DNA of 64,000 nt, taken from Malacoraja senta (taxonomy: Eukaryota). The translations under genes and the position numbers were made by a program. The stretch covers positions 11,782,001 to 11,846,000 of the forward strand of contig CM075993.1 in the NCBI GenBank assembly GCA_038087875.1, in the 5' to 3' direction. This document shows positions 24,373 through 37,287 of the stretch, piece by piece. Numbering within the stretch: the first letter of the stretch is position 1; each line of letters begins with the position of its first letter. The notes below the pieces were generated by a model. That model saw nothing but the letters and a program-made list of their open reading frames with translations. It did no database searches and had not been told where the DNA came from.

Positions 24373-27253
24373 CTAGGGTGTACTATCAAAGTACTACCAG
24401 CATGTCAACAGGTCAAGAATCCAGTTGCTGATCACCATGTCCTGATGTTTGCAGAGTTTTTATAAAAACATAAAATAAATTTAAAATTGTGATAAAATTG
24501 GGCTTAGTTTAGGGATATAGCATTGAAACAGGCCCTTTGGCCCACCGAGTCCGCACTGACTATTGAACACATATACAATAATTCTGTGTTTTTGCATCAT
24601 ATCCTACACACTTGGGGCAATTTATAGAAGATAATTAACCTACAAACCTGCATTCTTTGGAAAGTGGGAGGAAACCAGAAAAACGCAGAGAAAATCATGG
24701 GGAGAACGTACAAACTCCACACAGACAGCACCCATAGTGAGGATCGAAGCTGGGTCCCTGGTACCGCTGTGCCACCCCAATTTGTTTGACCAAATACAGT
24801 AATTCCTGAACTTTCAAACACATTTTAAAACCTGTCACCGCTCACATAACAATTGCAGATTAGAAATCCATTACATTATGTGTTTTAGACACAAATTATA
24901 CTTTGAATTGCACATTATAAATATTGTACGAATGCCATGCCAATCTTTTCTTGTACATCAATGTAATTTTGCAGAATGATGGTATGTTGCTCACAGGCAC
25001 ATTGAACTTCTGCATCAACTACACCAATTGCTTTATCAAATACTAGAGGGCACAGAATTACAGTGAGAGGGGCAAAGTCTAAAGAAGATGTGTGGGACAT
25101 AAAGAGTGGTGGGTGCCTGGAACATGTTGCCTGCCTGCTGGTTGAGGCAGTTACGATAGTGGTATTTAAAAGGCTTTTCGATAGGCACATGGATATGCAG
25201 GGGATGGAGGGATATGGGTTATGCACAGGTCTTGGCATCATGCCCGGCACAGACATTGTGGGCTGAATGGCCTGTTCTTGTGCTGTACTGTTCTACATCC
25301 TATGTATGCAATTGTGCAGCTCAGTTCTGCCACTTGGTGGAGCCGTTTAACACAGTGCCTTCTGTGGAGAAAAAATACAAATTCTCAGAAACAATCCCAA
25401 TTCTTCATCACAACCTGTACCTCAATTTATCCACATGCTTCTGAAAGCAGATGAATGCAGATCAGAGGCATTTTAAATGATTCCAAGCGATCTGAAGCTC
25501 TGCTGTGCAACAAGCACTATATTTCATTGCAGTGACTGCCATGCAGAATTAAATGCTTTTTCTGGGAACAGCCCATACTATGCAGCAAATGATAACTGCA
25601 TCAGTATCACAATCGATTCTCAATCTCAAGTATTCTGAGGCTTTGCTGACACAAACTTCAAGACTTCATTGTTTTAGAGTTTAGAAGACTAGCAGCAGAG
25701 ACTCGGCCTCAGTCTACAATACTTTTTCAGAGGAATTGTAAGCTATTGCCGAGGTATAAAATATAAATATCTGTGAACAATGAAAAGGAACAGAAGAAAA
25801 AAGTTGGTGGCCATTGAAAAGCGGAGATGGGGCGGTGATACTAACATTCACTTTAAGCTTCTCAAACAGTGCACCCAAAATGCAGCAACATGCAGGTGAC
25901 ATACACCCTCATAACCATATAACCATTACAGCACGGAAACAGGCCATCTCGGCCCTTCAAGTCCGTGCCGAACACTTTTTTCTTTATTTTTTCCCCTTCT
26001 TTCTTCTTACTTCCCCCTAGCCCCATCTACCTGCACTCAGACCATAACCCTCCATTCCTTTCCCGTCCATATACCCATCCAATCTATTTTTAAAGGATAA
26101 AATCGAACCTGCCTCCACCATATAGGTAGACCCAAACATTCCAGAGGACAACCTATAATTCTTAAGTTCATAAGTTCAAGGAGCAGAGTTAGGCCATTCG
26201 CCCCATCAAGTCTACTCTGCCATTCAATCATGGCTGATCTATCTTTCCTTCTCAACCCCATTCTCCTGCCTTCTCCCCATGACCCCTGACACCCGTACAA
26301 ATCAAGAATCTGTCAATCTCCACCTTAAAAAAACGTAATTGACGGCCTCCACAGCCGTCTTTGACAATGAATTCCACAGGTTCACCACCATGTGACTAAA
26401 GAAATCCCTGCTCATCTCTTTTCTAAATGTACATCCTTTAATTCTGAGGCTATGGCCTCTGGACCTAGACTCTCCCACTAGTGGAAATATCCTATCCACA
26501 TTCACTCTATCCAGTCCTTTCACTATTCGGTAAGTTTCAATGAGGTCCCCCCCTTTCATATTGAATTCTCTCTACTAAAGCACTAAACACAATATTGTTT
26601 GACGTACACTGCTACAATTTTCATCTATTCAGGTTTGAAATATTACCATTATTAACCAGCTGCTTCACTTTTACAAACCATGCATTTACTTTGAATCATC
26701 CCCATTGACTGCTCACTGAAACTTGACCGCTTGCTGGCTGTCTCAATGCCCTCCAGCAGGTTAGAAATTATCTTCTTTCAGTCCTAAGCAGAGATAAATG
26801 TTCACACAAGTGTGGATGATACACCCAAGCTATGAACGCATGCTTCAGTTGTAGATCATTCATATGGCATTCCAACAAGGCTCGGCTTTTACCAAGAAAC
26901 ACTAACCTCCAGTCAGCAGGTTTCTCTTCTTCATCTAGTTCATCCATTCTTAATCTTTACGTGCCCAGATACAGTGGAAAGATTTCAAGTGAAAAAGGAA
27001 ATGCATCTATTCACGATTCTGCATCGCAAATGAAAGGACATTTCTGCATGCAAATCTCATCTTCTGACGGTGTTGCCATTGAGATATACACTAGCATTTG
27101 TAATTGTTAGTTCACAATCTGATGTAATGTGAACTCATTCCCACATGCAATGACCTTGTCGGCCAGCTGTAGGTCTGCCAGAGCTATGCTTTAATGTGGG
27201 CTGTATTTTCACATATTGTACTTCGATTATCATACAAGAAGAGAAACAGTATT

Positions 27254-27460
27254 ATAGACACAAGAAGCTGGAGTAACTCAGCGGGACAGGCAGCATCTCT
27301 GGAGAGAAGGGATGGCTGACGTTTCGGGTCAAGACCCTTCTTCAGACCCAAGACATCACCCATCCCTTCTCTCCAGAGATGCTGCCTGTCCCGCTGAGTT
27401 ATTCCAGCTTTTTGTGCCTATCTTCGGTTTAAACCAGCATCTGCACTTCCTTCCTACACA
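27254..27460. repeat. Fold-back (inverted pair) of the Penelope terminal repeat; similar structures near 2010, 12221, 13236, 19436, 32733, 39619, 45176 and 55970
   Basis: GCTGGAGTAACTCAGCGGGACAGGCAGCATCTCTGGAGAGAAGG followed within about 50 bp by its reverse complement. Confidence 0.85.
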
Positions 27461-28246
27461 GAGATAATATTATCATTGTTTCGGCATTACTATAGAAGAA
27501 TGACATGCACTTTAACGAGAAGATGCAACATTCAGAGTAAGGCCACAACCACCAGTCTTCAAGACATGAGTGTATTCATACAACTCCTATCCACCTTTGC
27601 CTCCCAGCGATCAGCTTTCCTGAGGCTTCAGAAAGCCGACTACCCATTGTCAAACATGCAAAACACTCTCGGTCAGAACTGCCAATTTCTTTCAAATAAC
27701 TTCCTAACCTGCTTCATAGAGTCAGGGAATCTCCTGGGAACAAGTTGGGTACCAGCCCTAGTCATCTCTATTAACCACAAAATGGTCAGATTAGAGTTTC
27801 AACGTTTAACTTCTGAACGGAACCCATCATGCCCATTTTTGTCAGCTAAAACTGAGTTGATAGCACATGACAGGGAAACAAATGTGGGATGATAGAAAAC
27901 ATCAGGCAACATATTAGAGCAATAATGTCAGGATAGATGGGGCATTGCGTGGGACTACTTCACTTCCAAATGTGCAAACTCAATGGAAGGTATGAAATAT
28001 ATAAGATGCCAAACTACAAGAGAATCTGAATGGTGCGATTTAAATTACATGGTGGCCCAAATAATTGTGTTTGAAGGAACATGCAAATTGTGTGCACCAT
28101 AAACAGTGTTGACAGCTGAAGGGGAAAGAGACTTTAGATTCATAGTTGCCACCAAAGTTAAGATAGCCAAAGCCAAAATATACACAACCAGACTTTAAAC
28201 CAAGGCCGAGAAACTAGCACAATGTGACTTGGTTTCATATAACCAT

Positions 28247-28760
28247 ATAATATAACCATATAACCATTTACAGCACGGAAACAGGCCATCTTGGCCCTTC
28301 AATTCCGTGCCAAACTTTTTATTTCTTCTTTTTTTTCCCCCTTCTTTCTTCTTACTTCCCCCTAGTCCCATCTACCTGCACTCAGACCATATCCCTCCAT
28401 TCCTTTCCCGTCCATATACCCATCCAATCTATTTTTAAAGGATAAAATCGAACCTGCCTCCACCACTTCCACTGGAAGCTCATTCCATACAGCTACCACT
28501 CTCTGAGTAAAGAAGTTCCCCCTAATGTTACCCCTAAACTTCTGTCCCATAATTCTCAAGTCATGTCCCCTTGTTTGAATCTTCCCTATTCTCAATGGGA
28601 AAAGCTTATCCACATCAACTCTGTCTAACCCGCTCATCATTTTAAAGACCTCTATCGAGTCCCCCCTTAACCTTCTGCGCTCCAAAGAATAAAGACCTAA
28701 CTTGTTCAACCTTTCTCTGTAACTTAGTTGCTGAAACCCAGGCAACATTCTAGTAAATCT
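28247..28760 (-). mobile_element. Young CR1 3' fragment (same subfamily as 36364-37287 and 25911-26118), back-to-back with a + strand CR1 end (28785-29040)
   Basis: RFTRMLPGFQQLSYRERLNKLGLYSLERRRLRGD...GYGLSAGRWD nearly identical to the 36362 ORF; (TATGGTTA)n tail. Confidence 0.9.
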
Positions 28761-30175
28761 AATAAATTTCAGCATCAAAAAGCGATGTTTTTCACCCAGA
28801 GAGTTGTGAATCTGTGGAATTCTCTGCCACAGAAGGCAGTGGAGGCCAATTCATGGAATATATTCAACACAGAGTTAGATATAGCTCTTACGGTTAACGG
28901 AGTCAAGGGACATGGGGAGAAAGCAGGAACGGGGCACTAATTTTGGCTGATCAGCCATGATCATATTGAATGGCTGTTCTGGCTCGAAGGGCCGAATGGC
29001 CTATTCCTGCACCTATTTTCTATGATTCTATGGTTCTATGTTTAGGAGTGATAATAATAAAGTTTTGGAAGAGAGTCGTTAAAGGATATGGAATAATTTC
29101 AGAAATACAGATCTTTCCCAGATTACGCCTGACTTGTGCACACTGATGAACGTAGCGGGGAACGGGTGATTTAGGTTTGCCAGCTGCTGTGGGACTGTAG
29201 ACATTGTCTATGGTGGAGCGGAATGAGAGTGGGGCTAATGGGCAAATGAGAAGGCAGGGCCAGAGGTGGGGAGGGGGGGTGGGAGGAAAAAGAATGATCG
29301 GATCTGGGGAGGGTAACAGTGTCTGGGAAGAAGGTGCCGCTGTGGGAAGAAGGATACGTATGACAGGACCAGGGTAGTCTGCTCAGATGGCCTACTACCC
29401 GACAGCATGGACAATGAACTCTCCAATTTTTCGATACCTTTCACCCTGTTTCTTTCTCTTTCCTCTTATTTAGCCCGATCCTCCCACACACGCACACCTT
29501 ACTTCTGACGATATCCCCTAGCCTCCTATACCCTGGTTTACTCCCCTGCCCCCTCCTACTTTGGCCGCCCATCCCCTACCAAATGGAAGCAGAACCTTCA
29601 GCCTACCGTGTTCCTTGCTAACCACCAAGCACGCACTGTTGAGGTAATCCTCCCCTAACTCATTGTATTTTCAATGCATTTCTTTATTTATTCTCCCCAG
29701 ATTCTACCATTCCCCCAAATACTCAGCCAAATACAGTGGCCAGGTAACCTACCAACCCACACATCTTTAAGAAGTGGGAGGAAACTGGAGCACTAATAAG
29801 AAAACACATGCAGTCACAGGGAGAACGTGCAAACTCCACACAGACAGCACCAGTGGTCACGATTGAACCGTATCACTGGAGCCTTGCTTGTTTCTTCACT
29901 AGCTGCACCACCAAGTGTTTCCAACAAGGTCAAGTGTTTCCAACATTTTCTGTTTTTATTCCCGTTCATTTAAAACCGTTTCATTTGTCGTGCATTTTAT
30001 AATTATTAAATACAAAGTGACTTTTACTTAAAATACAGATTTCAAATGACTGGTTGAGTTTAACCTTTCAAGCCTTGTCAATAGAGAGTTATTGATCACT
30101 CAAGATCGTCGTTGCTGACCATTTCTTGCAAGTCATTTGCTGAAACCATTCTTGTACAGAAAATGCAAAACTAAC

Positions 30176-30411
30176 CTGGTGATTCCTACGTAAGCAATTT
30201 CCTGCTTGTTTTCGTTGTTAACAAGCGATAAGCCAAGGCTGTGAAGGGAAACAGTAACTCCCTTTTCAAACTGTTTCAAGTCCTCGGCCTGCCGTGCTTT
30301 GGAAACAATGGCCAGGTCTTCAGTGAACAGCAGTACGCGCTGTCGCCCATCAAGGAAGGAAACCCAGTGAATCTGATTGTTCTGATTCCAGAGAAATTGC
30401 CCAAACTGATC
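30176..30411 (-). CDS. VPS13C: VPS13C coding exon (236 nt)
   Basis: DQFGQFLWNQNNQIHWVSFLDGRQRVLLFTEDLAIVSKARQAE...SLHSLGLSLVNNENKQEIAYVGIT; ttacag / gttagt. Confidence 0.96.
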
Positions 30412-30654
30412 CTGTAAAGTATAAAAATTCTATCAATGAACAGAGAATGTCCTTAAAGGTAAAGATTTTATATATTATGCTGATCAAAAAATATTGTATT
30501 TGCTATAGAGGCTCTATAATGGGCTGATAAATTGTATAGGGAAGAACTGCAGATGTTGGTTTAAATCGAAGGGAGACACAAAATGCTCAAGTTACTCTAA
30601 CTCAGCGGGACAGGCAGCATCTCAGGAGAGAAGAAATGGGTGACGTTTCGGGTC

Positions 30655-31620
30655 AGTTACTTCTATAAGGCGCTGGTCAGGCCGCATTTGAATATTGTGA
30701 GCAATTTTGGGCACCATATTTGAGGAAGGATGTGCTGGCTCTGGAGAGGGTCCAGAGGAGGTTTATAAGAATGATTCCAGGAATTAGTAGCTTAACATAT
30801 GAGCGTTTGTCAGCACTGGGCCTGTACTCGTTGGAGTTTAGAAGAGTGAGGGGGGGACCTCATTGAAACATAGAATAATAAAAGGCTTATAAAAGGCAAT
30901 ACAAATAGAGTGGATGTGCGGAGGATGTTTCCACTAGTGGGAGAGTCTAGGTCCAGAGGTCATAGCCTCAGAATTAAAGGACGTTCTTTTAGGAAGGAGA
31001 TGCGGAGAAATTTCTTTAATCAGATGGTGGTGAATCTGTGGAATTCTTTGCCACAGAAGGCTAAGAGGTCAAGTCAGTGGATATTTTTAAGGCAGAGATT
31101 TGTAGATTCTTAATGAGTACGGGTGTTAAGAGGTTATGAGGAGAGGCTGGAGAATAGGGTTAGGAGGGAAAGGTAGATCAGCCATGATTGAATGGCGTAA
31201 TAGACAATAGACAATAGACAATAGGTGCAGGAGTAGGCCATTCAGCCCTTCGAGCCAGCTGATCATCCACAATCAGTACCCCGTTCCTGCCTTCTCCCCA
31301 TATCCCCTGACTCAGCTATTTTTAAGAGCCCTATCTAGCTCTCTCTTGAAAGCATCCAGAGAACCCGCCTCCACCGCCCTCTGAGGCAGAGAATTCCACA
31401 GACTCACCACTCTCTGTGAGAGAAAGTGTTTCCTCATCTCCGTTCTAAATGGCTTATTCCTTATTCTTAAACTGTGGCCCCTAGTTCTGGACTCACCCAA
31501 CATCGGGAACATGTTTCCTGCCTCTAGCTTGTCCAAACCCTTAACTATCTTATATGTTTCAATGGAGATTTGATGGGCCAAATGGCCTAATTCTGCTCCT
31601 ATCCCTTATGATCTTTTGAT
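30655..31620 (+). mobile_element. CR1 remnant with an oppositely oriented CR1 (31201-31563, (TATTGTC)n tail) inserted in its 3' UTR
   Basis: LYKALVRPHL...FWAPYLRKDVLALERVQRRF; the 3' UTR resumes at about 31565 (TTGATGGGCCAAATGGCC). Confidence 0.8.
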
Positions 31621-32220
31621 ATCTAAACTAAGTACAAAGTTCTGACAAAGATCTTTGACTTCAAACATTGAGTATTTCTCTTCCTAGAAATGCTGCCTGA
31701 CCTGCTGAGCATTTCCAGCTTTTTCTACTTTTATTGTGTAATAGTGTTTGACTCAATACTATATTTAGAAACAAGAAACTTGTGGCAAGTGACTTCCTTC
31801 CTGCTTTGTATCAGATAGTATTTAGTAACAGAGCAAGGTAGGTGTAAGGGTCAGAGAATTGTGGGATGTAGTTAATGGTTTGGTGCTATTTCAACCATGG
31901 TCTTTGAAAACAGGCAGAGCCCAAGCATCCGATGACAAGCATCTGATGATTCTCTCCAATTTCCAGGCATGATTGGAAAACCGCTCAAGCTCTTGACAAT
32001 CACTTAGTGCCAGAATCCTTTCTCATTTATTCATTCTCAAAAGTGACAAAACTGGCAAGATTGACATTTGTTACTCATCTTTAGTTCCACTGAAAGGAGG
32101 TTACAGACGGCCTCTTGAACCACTCCTGTGCAATAGTTACTGGCCTGATGCAAGCGTATATCTTGTGTGGGACTTGGGTCACAGACTGGCCAGGCTGGGG
32201 CATCAGGCTTCCCTTTCTAA

Positions 32221-32537
32221 AGGGGCTGTCCCACTGTACGAGCTAATTCAAGAGCTCTCCCGAGTAAAAAAAAAAAATCAAACTCGTGGTAAGGACGTAG
32301 AATGCACGTAGCGGGTACGCCGGAGCTCGGGTCGTCTCTTAGCGGCTCGTAACGCTAACCGCAGGTACTCGGGAAATGCGGTAAGCTCGGGAAGACTCGT
32401 GAAGATTTTTCAACATGTTGAAAAATGTCCACGAGAGCCCCGAGTACCTATGAGCGGCTATTACTGTTATTCTCCGAGTTCAAATCAGGGGAAACTCGGG
32501 AGAACTCTTGAATTAGCTCGTACAGTGGGACAGCCCC
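32221..32537. mobile_element. PIF/Harbinger-type MITE
   Basis: GGGGCTGTCCCACTGTACGAGCTAATTCAAGAG ... CTCTTGAATTAGCTCGTACAGTGGGACAGCCCC long TIRs. Confidence 0.85.
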
Positions 32538-33635
32538 ATCAGACTCTATGCACACCAGTTAGGTTATCAAATTACAAAATAATAGCTTTATGACTCATTT
32601 GTTTTCACTTTCAGCTGTGTACTTTTTGTTAAAGCATTTTAGGAACTGAAGCTCCAGCTGATAGTTAATCTGTACTTTATCTGTGTCTACGTTGTGGGAT
32701 TCATCATCTTCACAGGCTTCATGAAGATCAAATGTGTAGGAAGGAACTGCAGATGCTTGATATGAGTCAACGATCTTAATGAAAATAGACACAAAAAGCT
32801 AGAGTAACTCAGCGGGTCAGGTAATATCTCTAGAGAAAAGGAAGTCTGAAGAAGGGTATCGACCTGAAACGTCACCTATTCCTTTTCTCCAGAGATACTG
32901 GCTGACCTGCTGAGTTACTCCAGCTTTTTGTGTCTATTTTCATTAAGATCGTTGACTCACATCAAGCAAGGCTATTGAAGGAGTGGGGAGTTGGTGCTAA
33001 CGAGCGAGTACAGGTGTATTCAGTTTTGTCCATTTTCATTAAGGGATGGTCAAATGTGCTCATTTAGCAAAATTAATTTGTCCCAATTGATGTTCTTGCA
33101 GCATGGCACCAACTGGCAGTGCTCTCATCACTCTAAAATTCTGGTCACAAATGAACAGCTAGCCTTCACCAAAGGTGGCGCAGTAGTGAAGTTGGTAGTG
33201 CTGCTGTCTCACAGCTCCAGAGACCTGTTTTGAACCTGACCTCACTTTCCCACCCTTTGTGGAGTTTGCATGTTCTCCCCATGACCACGTGGGTTTCCTC
33301 CCACATTCCAAAGACGTGCGGGTTTGTAGGTTAGTTGGCCCTTGTAAACAACGCCTAGTGTGTAATGTGGGGATAACAGAGCATTAGAGTCAATGAGTGC
33401 ACTCGGTGGGCTGAATGGCCTATTGCTCGGAACGAAACACTGGTCATTTATATTGGTGGATGTCACATAAAGAAAACTTTGGCCAGTGGGCTAATCCAGA
33501 GCACTAAGAGGCAGCTGAATATTACAATCCAATCACAGAAAAAAGCATCAATGCAATATTGCGCTTCAAATGTTAGTAGGTTTATCAATGGGGACTTTGG
33601 TCAGGTACTCATTGTTACACTCAATATCAACAGAC

Positions 33636-33762
33636 CTTGAACAGGTCCAGTTCTCCGGTTTTCCATGCACAGCCCCAGTCAAGCTTCCTGATGCCAGCAG
33701 GGTCGCTCCATGCAAACAACCGAGCTTCTCCTGGATCAAGTATCGTCTCTTCCTGTGCTTCA
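33636..33762 (-). CDS. VPS13C: VPS13C coding exon (127 nt)
   Basis: (S)EAQEETILDPGEARLFAWSDPAGIRKLDWGCAWKTGELDLFK, with the VPS13 FAWxDP motif; ccacag / gtctgt. Confidence 0.93.
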
Positions 33763-33814
33763 CTGTGGAAGAGAAAGATATCAATGGACCATTAAAGTAA
33801 TCATAATTTAAAGG

Positions 33815-34145
33815 TCTAGTCAGCAGAAGGTAGAATAACATCTCGATTTCCTCAGGAGGCTGAGGAATTTGGCATGTCTCCAATGACTCTTACAAACTTC
33901 TACAGATGCACCATAGAAAGAATACTGTTCGGTTACATCACAGCTTGGTTTGGGAACAGCTCTGCCCAAGCCCACAAGAAATTGACCAGACTCACTACTA
34001 CTGACTCCAACTACACTTCACGTTGCCTCAGAAAAGTAGCCAACTTAATCAAAGATCTTCCCAACCCTGGTCATTCTTTCTTCTCCTTGCAGTCGACACC
34101 ACCAGACTAAGAAACAGCTTCTTCCCTTCAGTGTCAGGCTTGTGA
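33815..34145 (+). mobile_element. Rex1/Babar-type LINE RT C-terminal remnant
   Basis: FLRRLRNFGMSPMTLTNFYRCTIERILFGYITAWFGNSSAQ. Confidence 0.75.
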
Positions 34146-35103
34146 ATGGTCTTTCCATGAGCTATGGTACTGTCCAATTCACCTCTGCACTACTGCAGAC
34201 ATTGCAGCAGTTGCACTACAAAGCACTCTATCTTAGACAGAAAATGCTGGAGTAACTCAATGGGACGGGCAGCATCTCTGGAGAGAAGGAATGGGTGACA
34301 TTTCGGGTTGAGACCCTTCTTCAGCCCACAAGTAAAAATTCTGCTTTGGGACAAGGACAACTTCAGAAGGTACATTAGACAGGAACTTGCTAAAATGTAA
34401 TAAAAATATGATGACAAGAGTTTGGGGCATGCATGTTCCTGTTAGAGTGAAGGCAAGTGGGTGTAAGAAAGCTAGGATGACAAGAGAAATTGAGGCTCTG
34501 GTCAGGGAAAAGAAGAAGGCATGGGATAGGTACAGGTAGCTGGGATCGTGTATCCCTGCAGGGGTTTCTGGAACTGAGGTGCATACTTAAGGTGGAAATC
34601 AGAAGGGCACAAATGGGGCAGATAGTTCTGGCAGATATTATCAATTTGATGTATATTAAGAGAAAGAGGGTAGCTAGAGAGGGAATAGAGTCCCTCAGAC
34701 ACCAAAGCCACAGGAGATGGGCAAGGTCCTCGAAGAGTATTTTTACCGTGGAAAAATACATTAAAACTGGGGAACTTGGGACAGTTAAAGGCGATGTATT
34801 GAGGACAGTCTGCATTACTGTCGAGGAGGTGCTGAATGTCCTAATGCGTATGCAGGTAGATAAATCTCCCCAGCCTGATAAGATACAGTGGCTTGCAAAA
34901 GTTTTCATACCCCTTGAACTTTTCCACATTTTGTCACGTTACAACCACAAACGTAAATGTATTTTATTGGGATTTTATGTGATAGACCAACACAAAGTGG
35001 TGCATAATTGTGAAGTGGAAGGAAAATGATACATGGTTTTAAAAAAATTTTACAAATAAAAAACTGAAAAGTGTTGTGTGCAAAAGTATTCAGCCCCCCT
35101 GAG

Positions 35104-36124
35104 TCAATACTTTGTAGAACCACCTTTCGCTGCAATTACAGCTGCAAGTCTTTTGGGGTATGTCTCTACCAGCTTTGCACATCTAGAGTCTGAAATGTTC
35201 TGCCCATTCTTCTGTGCAAAATAGCTCAAGCTCAGTCAGATTGGATGGAGAGCATCTGTGAACAGCAATTTTCAAGTCTTGCCAGAGATTCTCAATTGGA
35301 TTTAGGTCTGGACTTTGACTGGGCCATTCTAACACATGAATATGCTTTGATCTAAACCATTCCATTGTAGCTCTGGCTGTATGTTTAGGGTCGTTGTCCT
35401 GCTGGAAGGTGAACCTCCGCCCCAGTCTCAAGTCTTTTGCAGACTCTAACAGGTTTTCTTCCAAGATTGCCCTGTATTTGGCTCCATCCATCTTCCCATC
35501 AACTCTGACCAGCTTCCCTGTCCCTGCTGAAGAAAAGCATCCCCACAGCATGATGCTGCCACCACCATGTTTCACAGTGGGGATGGTGTGTTCAGGGTGA
35601 TGTGCAGTGTTAGGTTTCCGCCACACATAGCGTTTTGCATTTAGGCCAAAAACTTTAATTTTGGTCTCATCTGACCAGAGCACCTTCCTCCACATGTTTG
35701 CTGTGTCCCCCACATGGCTTGTGGCAAACTGCAAACGGGACTTCTTATGGCTTTTTTTCAACAATGGCTTTCTTCTTGCCACTCTTCCATAAAGGCCCGA
35801 TTTGTGGAGTGCACGACTAATAGTTGTCCTGTGGACAGATTCTCCCACCCAAGCTGTGGATCTCTGCAGCTCCTCCAGAGTTACCATGGGCCTCTTGGCT
35901 GCTTCTCTGATCAATGCTCTCCTTGCCCGGCCTGTCAGTTTAGGTGGACGGCCATGTCTTGGTAGGTTTGCAGTTGTGCCATACTCTTTCCATTTTCGGA
36001 TGATGGATTGAACAGTGCTCCATGAGATGTTCAAAGCTTGGGATATTTTTTTATAACATAACCCTGCTTTAAACTACTCCACAACGTTATCCCTGACCTG
36101 TCTGGTGTGTTCCTTGGGCTTCAT
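35104..36124 (-). pseudogene. Tc1 DD34E transposase, disabled
   Basis: MKPKEHTRQVRDNVVE* (TAG at codon 17), GRPPKL linker, WSDETK / QQDND / SPDLNPIENLW with 34 residues between D and E. A +1 frameshift precedes the SRCAKLVETYPKRL...GGSTKY* tail. Confidence 0.93.
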
Positions 36125-36363
36125 GATGCTGTTTGTTCACTAATGTTCTCTAACAAACCTCTGAGGCCTTCACAGAACAGCTGTATTTATACTGAGATTA
36201 GATTACACACAAGTGGACTCTATTTACTAATTAGGTGACTTCTGAAGGCAATTGGTTGCACTGGATTTTATTTAGGGGTATCAGAGTAAAGGGGGCTGAA
36301 TACTTTTGCACGCGACACTTTTCAGTTTTTTATTTGTAAAAAAATTTGAAAACCATGTATCAT

Positions 36364-37287
36364 GTATCATCAAAGTCTACAGAGAGATTTAGGCCATTTG
36401 GAAGAGTGGGCTGAAAGATGGCAGATGGAGTTTAATGCTGACAAATGTGAGGTGCTACATCTCGGCAGGACAAATCAAAATAGGACGTACACGGTAAATG
36501 GTAGCGAATTGAGGAATGCAGTTGAACAGAGGGATCTAGGAATAACTGTGCATAGTTCCCTGAAGGTGGAATCTCATGTAGATAGGGTGGTAAAGAAAGC
36601 TTTTGGTGTGCTGGCCTTTATAAATCAGAGCATTGAATATAGAAGTTGGGATGTAATGTTAAAATTGTACAAGGCATTGGTGAGGCCAATTCTGGAGTAT
36701 GGAGTACAATTTTGGTCGCCTAATTATAGGAAGGATGTCAACAAAATAGAGAGAGTACAGAGGAGATTTACTAGAATGTTGCCTGGGTTTCAGCAACTAA
36801 GTTACAGAGAAAGGTTGAACAAGTTAGGTCTTTATTCTTTGGAGCGCAGAAGGTTAAGAGGGGACTTGATAAAGGTCTTTAAAATTATGAGCGGGTTAGA
36901 CAGAGTGGACGTGGATAAGCTTTTCCCATTGAGAGTAGGGAAGATTCAAACAAGGGGACATGACTTGAGAATTAAGGGACAGAAGTTTAGGGGGGACATT
37001 AGGGGGAACTTCTTTACTCAGAGAGTGGTAGCTGTGTGGAATGAGCTTCCAGTGGAAGTGGTGGAGGCAGGTTCGATGTTATCCTTTAAAAATAGATTGG
37101 ATGGGTATATGGACGGGAAAGGAATGGAGGGTTATGGTCTGAGTGCAGGTAGATGGGACTAGGGGGAAGTATTTATTTTTAATTAAAAAAAAATAATTAA
37201 AAAATAAAAATTAAAAAATAAAAATGTTCGGCACGGACTTGAAGGGCCGAGATGGCCTGTTTCCGTGCTGTTATGGTTATATGGTTA
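36364..37287 (+). mobile_element. Young 5'-truncated CR1 LINE nested in the Tc1 right TIR
   Basis: Open 266-aa ORF2 C-terminus (WQMEFNADKCEVLHLG, LEYGVQFWSP, LERRRLRGDLI, FFTQRVV.VWN.LP); (TATGGTTA)n tail; TATCAT duplicated at both ends. Confidence 0.93.

Noticed and set aside
26700..27230. Repeat-poor stretch in the 14-kb intron as a possible extra exon or nested gene
   Set aside because: The flanking VPS13C exons join in phase with no missing residues, and I found no recognisable peptide; conservation cannot be judged without alignments.
34390..35029. Two 179-aa ORFs on opposite strands
   Set aside because: Chimeric read-through of a decayed CR1 into the Tc1 TIR.
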